Assembly (NCBI RefSeq): GCF_003334255.1
Contig: NZ_QOWU01000038.1
DNA length: 49,700 nt
Direction: 5' to 3' (one strand)
Origin: Escherichia coli
GTDB taxonomy: Bacteria > Pseudomonadota > Gammaproteobacteria > Enterobacterales > Enterobacteriaceae
The notes below the pieces were generated by a model, which saw only the letters and a program-made list of their open reading frames with translations, had not been told where the DNA came from and did no database searches. Position 1 is the first letter of the stretch. Every line of letters starts with the position of its first letter. Position numbers and translations under genes: made by a program. Below, piece by piece: positions 9,670 through 20,195 of the stretch.

Positions 9670-11208
9670 TTATTTACGTCGCTGACGCAGACTCATCAAC
9701 ACAGCAGCAAAACCAAACAATGCCGTCAGCACCCACAGCGGCCAGTTGCCGGTACGTGCGTATGGTGTGAGTCCGGTGGTCGGCGTCACGTTAGTGGTTA
9801 ACACCTCGCGGGTGAACTGCGGGATCATCGCCTGAATCTCACCCTGCGGGCCAATCACCGCCGTAATGCCGTTGTTGGTGCTGCGCAACAGTGGGCGCGC
9901 CAGCTCCAGCGCACGCATTCGCGCCATCTGGAAGTGTTGCCATGGACCAATAGATTTACCAAACCACGCATCGTTGGAGATAGTCAGCAGATAGTCGGTA
10001 TCCGGGCGGAAGTTATCGCGCACTTGCTCGCCGAGAATGATCTCGTAGCAAATAGCCGCAGTAAGCTCAATACCATTTGCCGACAGCGGCGGCTGGATAT
10101 ATGGCCCACGGCTGAACGACGACATCGGCAGATCAAAGAACGGTGCTAACGGACGCAGAATCGACTCCAGCGGGACAAACTCGCCAAACGGCACCAGATG
10201 GTTTTTGTTATAGCGATCGGCTGATTCGTAGCTGTACGGCGCACCTTTACCCAGCGTGATGATGGTGTTGTAGGTATCGTAGCGGTTCTGCTTATTGAGA
10301 CGCGCGTCGACAATCCCGGTTACCAGCGAGCTACCTTTATCACGCAACTCACCGTCCAGTGCTTTGAGGAACGGTTGCTGATTAATTTCCAGATCGGTTA
10401 TCGCCGACTCCGGCCAGATAATCAACGATGATTTGCCCATCAGCGGTGCCGTTGCGTTGTAGTAAATCTTCAGCGTATTAAGAAGCTGGCCTTCGTCCCA
10501 TTTCAGCGATTGCGGAATATCGCCCTGAACCATCGAAACCTGAATGGTTTTCTCCGGTTGTGGGGTAAACCACTGGATGTAACGCAGCGGGAAGGGAAGG
10601 GCAAACAGCACGACGGCCACCACCAGCGGACGCCAGTTGCGTTTGACCAACGCCAGTGCCAGCAGGCCACTAACCATCATCAGCAGGAAGTTAATGGCTT
10701 CCACGCCCATTATCGGTGCCAGCCCTTTTAACGGGCCATCAATCTGGCTATAGCCGAACTGTAACCACGGGAAGCCGGTCAGTACCCAACCGCGCAGAAA
10801 CTCGGTCACTTGCCAGAGGGCAGGGGCGGCAATCGCTACGCGCAGCCAGGTGGTTTTCGGCCACAGACGCGACAGCACGCCAGCAAACAGTCCGGTATAC
10901 AGCGACAAATACGCCGCCAGCAGCACCACCAGGAAGATGTTAACCGGGCCAGGCATTCCGCCAAAGGTCGCGATGCTGACATAGACCCAGTTAATACCGC
11001 TGCCAAAGAGGCCAAATCCCCAGCAAAAGCCAATAGCGGCAGACTGGAGTGGACGGCGGTTAAAGGTCAACGCCTGAAGCCCCATCAGCGAAATAATCGC
11101 CGCAGGCCAGACGTCGTAAGGAGAGAAGGCCAGCGTTCCGCAGGCACCGAATAATAACGCCAGCAGCAGGCGAATGCGCTGGCGTTCAATTAATGAGGCA
11201 AAAGCCAT
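9670..11208 (-). CDS. lnt: Apolipoprotein N-acyltransferase
   Basis: 512-aa membrane protein with C-terminal carbon-nitrogen hydrolase domain; conserved position before corC. Confidence 0.9.
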   Translation of the reverse strand: MAFASLIERQRIRLLLALLFGACGTLAFSPYDVWPAAIISLMGLQALTFNRRPLQSAAIGFCWGFGLFGSGINWVYVSIATFGGMPGPVNIFLVVLLAAYLSLYTGLFAGVLSRLWPKTTWLRVAIAAPALWQVTEFLRGWVLTGFPWLQFGYSQIDGPLKGLAPIMGVEAINFLLMMVSGLLALALVKRNWRPLVVAVVLFALPFPLRYIQWFTPQPEKTIQVSMVQGDIPQSLKWDEGQLLNTLKIYYNATAPLMGKSSLIIWPESAITDLEINQQPFLKALDGELRDKGSSLVTGIVDARLNKQNRYDTYNTIITLGKGAPYSYESADRYNKNHLVPFGEFVPLESILRPLAPFFDLPMSSFSRGPYIQPPLSANGIELTAAICYEIILGEQVRDNFRPDTDYLLTISNDAWFGKSIGPWQHFQMARMRALELARPLLRSTNNGITAVIGPQGEIQAMIPQFTREVLTTNVTPTTGLTPYARTGNWPLWVLTALFGFAAVLMSLRQRRK

Positions 11209-11232
11209 GTAGTTATCTATCCAGTTTCGGTT

Positions 11233-12111
11233 TTATTCATCCAGCTTCGGCTGGGGTGAGTCATCCGGGATTTTGACATGAACCTGAATAATACGCCGAC
11301 TGTCGGCCATCGCCACTTTGAACTGGTAACCGTCGATGTCGATAGTTTCGCCACGCGCCGGAAGATGCCCAAATGCCTGCATCACCAGACCACCGATAGT
11401 GTCGACTTCTTCATCGCTAAAGTGGGTGCCGAACGCTTCGTTGAAGTCTTCAATGGAAGCCAGTGCGCGTACGGTCCAGGTATGACGACTCAGCTGACGG
11501 AAGTCGATATCATCTTCTTCGTCATACTCGTCTTCAATCTCACCAACAATCAGTTCCAGGATGTCTTCAATGGTCACCAGACCGGAAACCCCACCGAATT
11601 CGTCAATAACGATCGCCATGTGGTAACGCTGAGAGCGAAACTCTTTCAGCATCCGGTCTACGCGCTTACTTTCAGGAACGACAACCGCCTGACGTAACAC
11701 TTTGTCCATGCTGAAGGCTTCAGCATCGCTGCGCATAAACGGCAGCAAGTCTTTCGCCATCAGAATCCCTTCAATGTGATCTTTGTCTTCGCTAATCACC
11801 GGGAAACGTGAGTGGGCGGACTCGATGATGACATCAAGACATTCGTCCAGCGTCTGGTTGCGTTTCAGGGTAATCATCTGGGAGCGGGGGATCATGATGT
11901 CGCGAACGCGTTGGTCTGCGATGTCCATCACCCCTTCGAGCATATCGCGCGTATCTTCGTCGATAAGGTCGTTCTGCCCGGAATCACGGATCAGCGCCAG
12001 CAGTTCGTCACGGTTTTTCGGTTCACCGTGGAAAAGTTGGCTGAGTAACAGGGAGAAAAATCCCTTCTTGTTGCTTATCGTGTCACTACTGTGTGAATTG
12101 TCGTCGCTCAT
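11233..12111 (-). CDS. corC: CBS-domain / CorC-HlyC family Mg/Co efflux-associated protein
   Basis: 292-aa ORF with tandem CBS domains and a C-terminal transporter-associated domain. Confidence 0.85.
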   Translation of the reverse strand: MSDDNSHSSDTISNKKGFFSLLLSQLFHGEPKNRDELLALIRDSGQNDLIDEDTRDMLEGVMDIADQRVRDIMIPRSQMITLKRNQTLDECLDVIIESAHSRFPVISEDKDHIEGILMAKDLLPFMRSDAEAFSMDKVLRQAVVVPESKRVDRMLKEFRSQRYHMAIVIDEFGGVSGLVTIEDILELIVGEIEDEYDEEDDIDFRQLSRHTWTVRALASIEDFNEAFGTHFSDEEVDTIGGLVMQAFGHLPARGETIDIDGYQFKVAMADSRRIIQVHVKIPDDSPQPKLDE

Positions 12112-12200
12112 GGCGTCGTATGGGTTCTCATGTTAGTTAATCAAAACGCCGTCGTTAATCACCAACGGCGGGGACGTCTGCCAGTCAAATGCCTGGCAAA

Positions 12201-12668
12201 TTATTCTTTCTCGGCAATGTACGGATCCTCATAGCCCAGAGCAAGCATAATCTCTGTTTCGAGGGCTTCCATTTCTTCTGCTTCGTCATCTTCGATGTGA
12301 TCGTAACCTAACAAATGCAGACTGCCGTGCACCACCATATGCGCCCAGTGCGCCTCCAGTGGTTTGCCTTGCTCCTGAGCTTCCTTCTCAACCACCTGAC
12401 GGCAGATAACCAGATCGCCCAGTAGCGACATTTCCATGCCAGGCGGCACTTCAAACGGGAAGGAGAGCACGTTGGTCGGCTTATCCTTACCGCGATAGGT
12501 CAGATTCAGACTGTGGCTTTCGGCGGTATCGACCACGCGAATCGTCACTTCCGATTCTTCCTGAAACTGCGGGATCACCGCATTCAGCCATGTCTGAAAC
12601 TGGCTCTCTTCCGGTAACCCGGAATTATCTTCACATGCCAGTTGTAAATCGAGGATCACCTGACTCAT
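12201..12668 (-). CDS. ybeY: Endoribonuclease YbeY (16S rRNA 3'-end maturation)
   Basis: 155 aa; metal-binding motif [11 protein letters not shown]; start overlaps ybeZ stop (ATGA). Confidence 0.9.
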
Positions 12669-13705
12669 TTTTGTTCCTGTTCTTCGCGCTTGCGTTCTGC
12701 TGCCAGCGCCGCTTTTCGTTTTTGTTCGGCTTCTTCCCAGGCTTCATAGGCGTTAACGATACGCGCCACCACAGGGTGACGAACCACGTCTTCGCTGTGG
12801 AAGAAGTTAAAGCTGATCTCTTCGACATCGGCCAGCACTTCGATGGCGTGACGTAAGCCTGATTTAGTATTACGCGGCAGGTCGATCTGTGTGACGTCGC
12901 CGGTGATAACCGCTTTTGAGTTAAAACCGATACGGGTCAGGAACATCTTCATCTGTTCGATGGTGGTGTTCTGGCTCTCATCGAGAATGATAAACGCGTC
13001 GTTCAGCGTACGACCACGCATATAGGCCAGCGGTGCGACTTCAATAACGTTGCGCTCAATCAGTTTCTCGACTTTCTCAAAGCCCAGCATTTCAAACAGC
13101 GCGTCGTACAGCGGGCGCAGATACGGGTCTACTTTCTGGCTTAAATCGCCAGGCAGGAAGCCCAGTTTCTCACCGGCTTCTACTGCCGGACGAGTCAGCA
13201 GAATACGGCGAATTTCCTGACGCTCCAGGGCATCAACTGCCGCAGCCACTGCCAGGTAGGTTTTACCCGTACCCGCCGGGCCAACGCCGAAGGTAATGTC
13301 ATGGTCGAGAATATTGGCGATGTACTGCGCCTGGTTTGGCGTGCGCGGCTTAATTACGCCGCGTTTGGTTTTGATATTGACCGCTTTGCCGTACTCCGGC
13401 ACGCTCTCCGCGCTTTGCTCCAGTACCCGCGCTTCTTTAATCGCAAGGTGGATCTGTTCCGGTTCGATATCCTGAATCTGACCGCGCATCGGGGCAGTAT
13501 CGACATACAGGCTACGCAGAATGTCTGCCGCAGCGGTGACGCAAATCGGACGGCCGGTCAGTTTAAAGTGGTTATCGCGGCGATTGATCTCGATGCCGAG
13601 ACGGCGTTCGAGCTGCTTGATGTTGTCATCAAACGGGCCGCACAGGCTCAACAGACGCGCATTGTCTGCTGGCTCCAGGGTGATTTCGCGAGTGTCTATG
13701 TTCAA
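12665..13705 (-). CDS. ybeZ: PhoH-like ATPase
   Basis: Walker A GPAGTGKT; start refined to TTG 13705 (product [12 protein letters not shown].., 346 aa) with AGAGGA 6 nt upstream; the track ORF starts 13 codons earlier at an ATG with no ribosome-binding site. Confidence 0.8.
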
Positions 13706-13857
13706 ACCGTTCCTCTTATCTGTATGCCGCCGGAAGCTGAACATTCACCGGCCTATAAGGAAATTATTCACGCCACAGGAAAAAGGCGCAAGCATTGCAA
13801 TAAAGATGGGGATAAAGAGAGAAAAAACAAGGCCCACCGGAACGGCAGGCCTGAGAA

Positions 13858-15282
13858 TTACGGCTGATAATAACCCACGCCAAGGTCGTTTTCTTTGCGG
13901 GTACGGGCAATCACTGATTCCGGTGTTTCTGCCACGCGCAGACCCATTTCATCTTCAGTACGCACCACTTTACCGCGCAGAGAGTTCGGGTAGACGTCGG
14001 TAATTTCTACATCGACGAATTTACCGATCATATCCGGCGTGCCTTCGAAGTTGACCACGCGGTTATTTTCCGTACGCCCGGAAAGCTCCATGATGCTCTT
14101 ACGCGATGTACCTTCTACCAGAATACGCTGGGTGGTGCCGAGCATCCGGCGGCTCCACGCCATCGCTTGCTGATTAATGCGCTCTTGCAGAATATACAGA
14201 CGCTGCTTCTTCTCTTCTTCCGGAACATCATCAACCATATCGGCGGCTGGTGTACCCGGACGTGCAGAGAAGATAAAGCTGTAGCTCATGTCGAAATTGA
14301 CGTCGGCAATCAGCTTCATCGTTTTCTCGAAGTCTTCGGTGGTTTCGCCAGGGAAGCCAACGATGAAATCAGAACTGATCTGAATATCTGGACGCGCCGC
14401 ACGCAGTTTACGGATGATCGCTTTGTACTCCAGCGCCGTATGGGTACGGCCCATCAGGTTCAGAATGCGATCGGAACCGCTCTGTACCGGCAGATGCAGG
14501 AAGCTCACCAGCTCCGGCGTGTCGCGATACACTTCGATGATATCGTCGGTGAATTCGATCGGATGGCTGGTGGTAAAGCGAATACGATCGATCCCGTCGA
14601 TCGCAGTAACCAGACGCAGCAGATCGGCAAACGATCCGGTGGTGCCGTCGTAGTTTTCACCACGCCAGGCGTTCACGTTCTGACCGAGCAGGTTGACTTC
14701 ACGCACGCCCTGAGCCGCAAGCTGGGCAATCTCAAACAGAATATCGTCGGACGGACGGCTTACCTCTTCACCACGGGTGTAAGGCACCACGCAGTAGGTG
14801 CAATATTTATTGCAGCCTTCCATGATGGAGACAAACGCGGTCGGCCCTTCGGCGCGCGGTTCCGGTAGACGGTCAAACTTCTCGATTTCCGGGAAGCTGA
14901 TATCTACAACCGGGCTGCGGTCGCCACGCACGGAGTTGATCATCTCCGGCAGACGGTGCAGCGTTTGCGGCCCAAAAATAATATCGACATAGTGGGCGCG
15001 CTGGCGAATGTGCTCGCCTTCTTGCGATGCCACGCAGCCACCGACGCCGATAATCAGGTCTGGATTCTTCTCTTTTAACAGTTTCCAGCGACCCAACTGA
15101 TGGAAGACTTTTTCCTGAGCCTTCTCGCGGATTGAGCAGGTGTTCAGCAGCAGCACATCCGCTTCTTCCGCCACGTCGGTCAGTTGATAGCCGTGGGTGG
15201 CATCCAGCAGATCGGCCATCTTCGATGAATCGTACTCGTTCATCTGACAGCCCCAGGTTTTAATATGGAGTTTTTTGGTCAT
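13858..15282 (-). CDS. miaB: tRNA-i6A37 methylthiotransferase (radical SAM)
   Basis: 474 aa; N-terminal MTTase cysteines, radical-SAM CxxxCxxC (CNKYCTYC), C-terminal TRAM domain. Confidence 0.9.
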   Translation of the reverse strand: MTKKLHIKTWGCQMNEYDSSKMADLLDATHGYQLTDVAEEADVLLLNTCSIREKAQEKVFHQLGRWKLLKEKNPDLIIGVGGCVASQEGEHIRQRAHYVDIIFGPQTLHRLPEMINSVRGDRSPVVDISFPEIEKFDRLPEPRAEGPTAFVSIMEGCNKYCTYCVVPYTRGEEVSRPSDDILFEIAQLAAQGVREVNLLGQNVNAWRGENYDGTTGSFADLLRLVTAIDGIDRIRFTTSHPIEFTDDIIEVYRDTPELVSFLHLPVQSGSDRILNLMGRTHTALEYKAIIRKLRAARPDIQISSDFIVGFPGETTEDFEKTMKLIADVNFDMSYSFIFSARPGTPAADMVDDVPEEEKKQRLYILQERINQQAMAWSRRMLGTTQRILVEGTSRKSIMELSGRTENNRVVNFEGTPDMIGKFVDVEITDVYPNSLRGKVVRTEDEMGLRVAETPESVIARTRKENDLGVGYYQP

Positions 15283-15427
15283 CGACTTGCTCTTGCGAAA
15301 TAGTAGCCAGGAATGCAGGGCGCATAGTGTAATGCTTTGCTGCCGTTGTGACCAGTATGAGCGTTATCAGCCCTTAGGGGTAAAAATCCTGTAAACTTAA
15401 AGCATATTGCTAACAGGATGATTGACC

Positions 15428-16603
15428 ATGACAAATCAACCAACGGAAATTGCCATTGTCGGCGGAGGAATGGTCGGCGGCGCACTGGCGCTGGGGCTGG
15501 CACAGCACGGATTTGCGGTAACGGTGATCGAGCACGCAGAACCAGCGCCGTTTGTCGCTGATAGCCAACCGGACGTGCGGATCTCGGCGATCAGCGCGGC
15601 TTCGGTATCATTGCTTAAAGGGTTAGGGGTCTGGGATGCAGTACAGGCTATGCGTTGCCATCCTTACCGCAGACTGGAAACGTGGGAGTGGGAAACGGCG
15701 CATGTGGTGTTTGACGCCGCTGAACTTAAGCTACCGCTGCTTGGCTATATGGTGGAAAACACTGTCCTGCAACAGGCGTTGTGGCAGGCGCTGGAAGCGC
15801 ATCCGAAAGTAACGTTACGTGTGCCAGGCTCGCTGATTGCGCTGCATCGCCATGATGATCTTCAGGAGCTGGAGCTGAAAGGCGGTGAAGTGATTCGCGC
15901 GAAGCTGGTGATTGGTGCCGACGGCGCAAATTCGCAGGTGCGGCAGATGGCGGGAATTGGCGTTCATGCATGGCAGTATGCGCAGTCGTGCATGTTGATT
16001 AGCGTCCAGTGCGAGAACGATCCCGGCGACAGCACCTGGCAGCAATTTACTCCGGACGGACCGCGTGCGTTTCTGCCGTTGTTTGATAACTGGGCATCGC
16101 TGGTGTGGTATGACTCTCCGGCGCGTATTCGCCAGTTGCAGAATATGAATATGGCACAGCTCCAGGCGGAAATCGCGAAGCATTTCCCGTCGCGTCTGGG
16201 TTACGTTACACCGCTTGCCGCTGGTGCGTTTCCGCTGACGCGTCGCCATGCGTTGCAGTACGTGCAGCCAGGGCTTGCGCTGGTGGGCGATGCCGCGCAT
16301 ACCATCCATCCGCTGGCGGGGCAGGGAGTGAATCTTGGTTATCGTGATGTCGATGCCCTGATTGATGTTCTGGTCAACGCCCGCAGCTACGGCGAAGCGT
16401 GGGCCAGTTATCCTGTCCTCAAGCGTTACCAGATGCGGCGCATGGCGGATAACTTCATTATGCAAAGCGGTATGGATCTGTTTTATGCCGGATTCAGCAA
16501 TAATCTGCCACCACTGCGTTTTATGCGTAATCTCGGGTTAATGGCGGCGGAGCGTGCTGGCGTGTTGAAACGTCAGGCGCTGAAATATGCGTTAGGGTTG
16601 TAG
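15428..16603 (+). CDS. ubiF: FAD-dependent ubiquinone biosynthesis hydroxylase
   Basis: FAD-binding GxGxxG (IVGGGMVGG); start taken at ATG 15428 (the track start 15422 is a TTG two codons upstream). Confidence 0.85.
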   Translation: MTNQPTEIAIVGGGMVGGALALGLAQHGFAVTVIEHAEPAPFVADSQPDVRISAISAASVSLLKGLGVWDAVQAMRCHPYRRLETWEWETAHVVFDAAELKLPLLGYMVENTVLQQALWQALEAHPKVTLRVPGSLIALHRHDDLQELELKGGEVIRAKLVIGADGANSQVRQMAGIGVHAWQYAQSCMLISVQCENDPGDSTWQQFTPDGPRAFLPLFDNWASLVWYDSPARIRQLQNMNMAQLQAEIAKHFPSRLGYVTPLAAGAFPLTRRHALQYVQPGLALVGDAAHTIHPLAGQGVNLGYRDVDALIDVLVNARSYGEAWASYPVLKRYQMRRMADNFIMQSGMDLFYAGFSNNLPPLRFMRNLGLMAAERAGVLKRQALKYALGL

Positions 16604-16609
16604 CCTTAC

Positions 16610-16720
16610 AACATTGCCGGATGCGTGCCAACCGTAGGTCGGATAAGACGCGGCAGCGTCGCATCCGACATTGAAGGATAAGACGTGTCAACATCGCATT
16701 CGACATTGAATGAACGCAGA
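16610..16720. repeat. REP-like palindromic units with an imperfect tandem ~35-bp repeat
   Basis: ggataagacgcggcagcgtcgcatccgacattgaa followed by ggataagacgtgtcaacatcgcattcgacattgaa; preceded by tgccggatgcg. Confidence 0.6.
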
Positions 16721-16723
16721 AAA

Positions 16724-16752
16724 GCAAAAAGCTCGCCGAAGCGAGCTTTTTT
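16724..16752. terminator. Bidirectional intrinsic terminator (ubiF on +, tRNA operon on -)
   Basis: aaaaa-gctcgc-cgaa-gcgagc-tttttt: 6-bp GC stem flanked by an A-run and a T-run. Confidence 0.75.
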
Positions 16753-16756
16753 AATG

Positions 16757-16831
16757 TGGCTGGGGTACGAGGATTCGAACCTCGGAATGCCGGAATCAGA
16801 ATCCGGTGCCTTACCGCTTGGCGATACCCCA
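16757..16831 (-). tRNA. glnV: tRNA-Gln (anticodon CUG)
   Basis: Minus-strand 75 nt: TGGGGTATCGCCAAGCGGTAAGGCACCGGATTCTGATTCCGGCATTCCGAGGTTCGAATCCTCGTACCCCAGCCA; anticodon loop TTCTGAT, encoded CCA end. glnV and glnX are identical so the symbol is nominal. Confidence 0.9.
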
Positions 16832-16878
16832 ACAAATTGGTTTTGAATTTGCCGAACATATTCGACACATTCAGAATT

Positions 16879-16955
16879 TGGTGGCTACGACGGGATTCGA
16901 ACCTGTGACCCCATCATTATGAGTGATGTGCTCTAACCAACTGAGCTACGTAGCC
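16879..16955 (-). tRNA. metT: Elongator tRNA-Met (anticodon CAU)
   Basis: Minus-strand 77 nt: GGCTACGTAGCTCAGTTGGTTAGAGCACATCACTCATAATGATGGGGTCACAGGTTCGAATCCCGTCGTAGCCACCA. Confidence 0.9.
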
Positions 16956-16984
16956 ATCTTTTTTTTCGCGATACCTTATCGGCG

Positions 16985-17026
16985 TTGCGGGGCGCATTAT
17001 GCGTATAGAGCCTTGCAGCGTCAACC
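16985..17026 (-). promoter_or_regulatory. Putative sigma70 promoter of the tRNA operon with GC-rich discriminator
   Basis: Minus strand: TTGACG (17024-17019), 16-bp spacer, CATAAT (17002-16997), then GC-rich GCGCCCCGCAACGCC typical of stringently controlled stable-RNA promoters, about 35 nt before the tRNA-Met 5' end. Confidence 0.5.
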
Positions 17027-17298
17027 TCTTTTTCAAGGAAAATTGCTCGAAAGTGACTGTTTGGTTAGGTTGCGAACAGCGTGGCGCTATATTCGTCAAT
17101 TATTGTTTACTTTGTGTTTTTTCCCACCCTACAGCCATTCTTTTGTCATACAGGATGAAATTCGGAATTTAACAATAGTGGTGGGAAATTAATCTATGAA
17201 ATACTGGCCTACAGTGATGAGTTGTCAAACAGTGATGTGGCAAACCCGGAACATTTCCTTACTGCATATCAGAATCAACAAGCACCTCAATAACTGAA

Positions 17299-17330
17299 AC
17301 AGCCCCGGATTTCACCAGGGCTGTTTCGCA
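17299..17330. terminator. Hairpin after asnB
   Basis: cagccc-cggatttcacca-gggctg followed by ttt; lies directly after the asnB stop. Confidence 0.5.
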
Positions 17331-17334
17331 TTTC

Positions 17335-18999
17335 TTACTTATACGCCGACTGGTGAACACCAACCGCGCGACCAGACGGATCGTCCATTTTCTTGAACGC
17401 TTCATCCCATTCGATCGCTTTAGCGGAAGAACAAGCGACGGAAGGACCGCCCGGCACGCACTCAGCGGCGCTCGGAAGCGGGAATAGTTCTTCAAAGATC
17501 TCCCGATACAAGTACGCTTCTTTAGAGGTTGGCGTGTTGTACGGGAAGCGGAAGCGGGCAGTTTCCAGTTGCTGATCAGAAACCTGCTGCGCAGCCACTT
17601 CTTTCAGGGTGTCGATCCAACTGTAACCGACGCCATCGGAGAACTGCTCTTTCTGCCGCCAGGCCACGCTTGCAGGCAGATACGCTTCAAAACATTCACG
17701 CAGGATGTGTTTTTCCATTTTGCCGTTACCGCACATTTTATCCTGTGGGTTAATACGCATCGCCACATCAAGGAATTTTTTGTCGAGGAACGGAACGCGT
17801 GCTTCCACGCCCCAGGCTGACATCGCTTTGTTGGCACGCGCGCAGTCATACATATGCAGGGCCAGCAGTTTACGCACCGTCTCTTCATGCAGTTCTTTGG
17901 CATTCGGTGCTTTGTGGAAGTAAAGATAACCGCCGAACACTTCATCAGAACCTTCACCGGACAGCACCATTTTAATGCCCATCGCCTTGATCTTACGCGA
18001 CATTAAATACATCGGTGTTGAAGCGCGAATAGTGGTCACATCATAAGTTTCGATGTGGTAAATCACGTCGCGGATGGCATCCAGACCTTCCTGTACAGTG
18101 AAGTGAATTTCGTGATGCACCGTGCCCAGATGGTTTGCCACTTCCTGGGCTGCTTTCAGATCCGGTGAACCCGGCAGACCTACAGCAAAGGAGTGTAACT
18201 GCGGCCACCAGGCTTCAGAGCGTTCCTGATCTTCCACGCGACGGGCTGCGTATTTCTTGGTGATAGCGGAAATAATTGAGGAATCCAGACCACCAGAAAG
18301 CAGCACACCGTAAGGCACATCAGACATCAGATGGCTTTTAACTGAATCTTCCAGTGCCTGACGCAGCTCGTTTTTGTCGGTCACGTTATCTTTCACCGCA
18401 TCGTAGTCGAACCAGTCGCGATGATAGTAAGAACGGATTTCGCCGTCCTGGCTCCACAAATAGCTCCCCGCCGGGAACTCTTTAATCGTGCGGCAAACTG
18501 GCACCAGCGCTTTCATTTCTGAGGCCACATACAGCTGACCGTGTTCGTCATACCCCATATACAGTGGGATGATCCCCAGATGGTCGCGACCAATCAGGTA
18601 GGCATCTTTTTCGCTGTCGTACAGTGCAAAGGCAAACATGCCCTGCAAGTCGTCGAGAAATTCCGGCCCTTTTTCCTGATACAGCGCGAGGATCACTTCA
18701 CAGTCAGACCCGGTCTGGAACTGGTAACGATCGCCATATTCGGCGCGCAATGCCTGGTGGTTGTAGATTTCACCGTTTACCGCCAGTACGTGGGTTTTTT
18801 GTTGGTTGTAGAGAGGTTGCGCCCCCGCGTTAACGTCAACAATTGACAGACGTTCGTGGGCGAGAATGGCGTTATCGCTGGCATAAATACCGGACCAGTC
18901 CGGGCCACGATGACGCATCAGGCGTGACAGCTCGAGGGCTTTCTTACGCAGCTCAACTGCGTCTGTTTTGATATCGAATACGCCAAAAATTGAACACAT
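17335..18999 (-). CDS. asnB: Asparagine synthetase B (glutamine-hydrolysing)
   Basis: N-terminal MCSIFGV (Ntn amidotransferase catalytic Cys2), SGGLDSS PP-loop; start refined to ATG 18999 (554 aa) with GGAGAAGG upstream. Confidence 0.9.
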   Translation of the reverse strand: MCSIFGVFDIKTDAVELRKKALELSRLMRHRGPDWSGIYASDNAILAHERLSIVDVNAGAQPLYNQQKTHVLAVNGEIYNHQALRAEYGDRYQFQTGSDCEVILALYQEKGPEFLDDLQGMFAFALYDSEKDAYLIGRDHLGIIPLYMGYDEHGQLYVASEMKALVPVCRTIKEFPAGSYLWSQDGEIRSYYHRDWFDYDAVKDNVTDKNELRQALEDSVKSHLMSDVPYGVLLSGGLDSSIISAITKKYAARRVEDQERSEAWWPQLHSFAVGLPGSPDLKAAQEVANHLGTVHHEIHFTVQEGLDAIRDVIYHIETYDVTTIRASTPMYLMSRKIKAMGIKMVLSGEGSDEVFGGYLYFHKAPNAKELHEETVRKLLALHMYDCARANKAMSAWGVEARVPFLDKKFLDVAMRINPQDKMCGNGKMEKHILRECFEAYLPASVAWRQKEQFSDGVGYSWIDTLKEVAAQQVSDQQLETARFRFPYNTPTSKEAYLYREIFEELFPLPSAAECVPGGPSVACSSAKAIEWDEAFKKMDDPSGRAVGVHQSAYK

Positions 19000-19244
19000 A
19001 ACCTTCTCCGTTAACCTGGTATTTGTTGCTTGTTGTGTTTGCTTGTTTAAAAAAATGCCGCAAAGCAGCACTGTGCGCAAGCGATTTGGCGGTGAAAAAA
19101 TAAAAAACGTAATGGTGATTGTCGATTGGTGAAAAAAGGTCTGGTGTGAGGATATATTTATTGATGAATCGATAATTTTTAGCGGGTTTTATTGAATGTT
19201 TATATTTTACGGGGGCCAAATTGCTGACAAAGTGCGATTTGTTC

Positions 19245-19390
19245 ATGCCGGATGCGGCGTGAACGCCTTATCCGGCCTACAAAAGCATGAAAATTCAATA
19301 TATTGCAGGAGCTGCGTAGGCCTGATAAGCGTAGCGCATCAGGCAGTTTGGCGTTTGTCATCAGAGCCAACCACGTCCGCAGACGTGGTT
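19245..19390. repeat. BIME/REP cluster and hairpin between asnB upstream region and nagD
   Basis: catgccggatgcggcgtgaacgccttatccggcctac and gtaggcctgataagcgtagcgcatcaggc, plus hairpin aaccacgtc-cgca-gacgtggtt. Confidence 0.6.
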
Positions 19391-19395
19391 GCTAT

Positions 19396-20148
19396 TCAGA
19401 TAACGTCGATTTCAGCGACTGACGGGTAAATCCAGCTGGGGCGGAAAGGCATACTGTCGATATCGTCGAGCGACGAAACACCAGAAAGCACCAGAATCGT
19501 CTCCAGACCTGCCTGGAAGCCGGCCAGAATATCGGTACGCAGGTTATCGCCGACAATCACCGTTTCTTCCGAATGCGCCTGCATTTTGTTTAATGCTGCG
19601 CGGATGATCCACGGGCTGGGCTTACCAACATAGAACGGTTTGCGCCCGGAGATTTTCTCAATCCCTGCACACAACGCGCCACAAGCGGGATAAAAACCGC
19701 GCCCGTGGGTGTCCGGATTGGTGGCGATAAAACGTGCACCGTTAGCGACGAAATAGGCTGCTTTATGCATCATGTCCCAGTTGTAGGAACGCGTTTCGCC
19801 AACAATCACGAAATCAGGGTTCACATCGGTAATAGTGAAACCGGCTTTGTACAGTTCATGAATCAGTGCGCCTTCGCCCACCACATACGCTTTCTTGCCT
19901 TCCTGGCGACGCAGGAAATCGGCAGTCGCCATCGCAGAGGTATAAAACACGCTGTCAGGTACATCGACACCTGCGGTGGCAAAGCGGTTCGCCAGATCTT
20001 GCCCAGTCTGCGAAGGATAGTTGGTCAGCAACACCAGCGGCAGGCCTTTATCCATAATCCCGTGCAAAAATTCCGCTGCACCCGGTACGGCGACGTTATC
20101 GTGCATCAGCACGCCGTCGATATCGCAAATTACATTTTTAATGGTCAT
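19396..20148 (-). CDS. nagD: HAD-superfamily UMP phosphatase
   Basis: 250 aa; HAD motif I DIDGVL; last gene of the nag cluster. Confidence 0.85.
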   Translation of the reverse strand: MTIKNVICDIDGVLMHDNVAVPGAAEFLHGIMDKGLPLVLLTNYPSQTGQDLANRFATAGVDVPDSVFYTSAMATADFLRRQEGKKAYVVGEGALIHELYKAGFTITDVNPDFVIVGETRSYNWDMMHKAAYFVANGARFIATNPDTHGRGFYPACGALCAGIEKISGRKPFYVGKPSPWIIRAALNKMQAHSEETVIVGDNLRTDILAGFQAGLETILVLSGVSSLDDIDSMPFRPSWIYPSVAEIDVI

Positions 20149-20195
20149 GGACTACCCAGAATATTGACAACAATAAGCGCCACTATAAAAGCACA

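Noticed and set aside
14167-14868. 233-aa plus-strand ORF
   Set aside because: Antisense to miaB (radical-SAM motifs on the minus strand).
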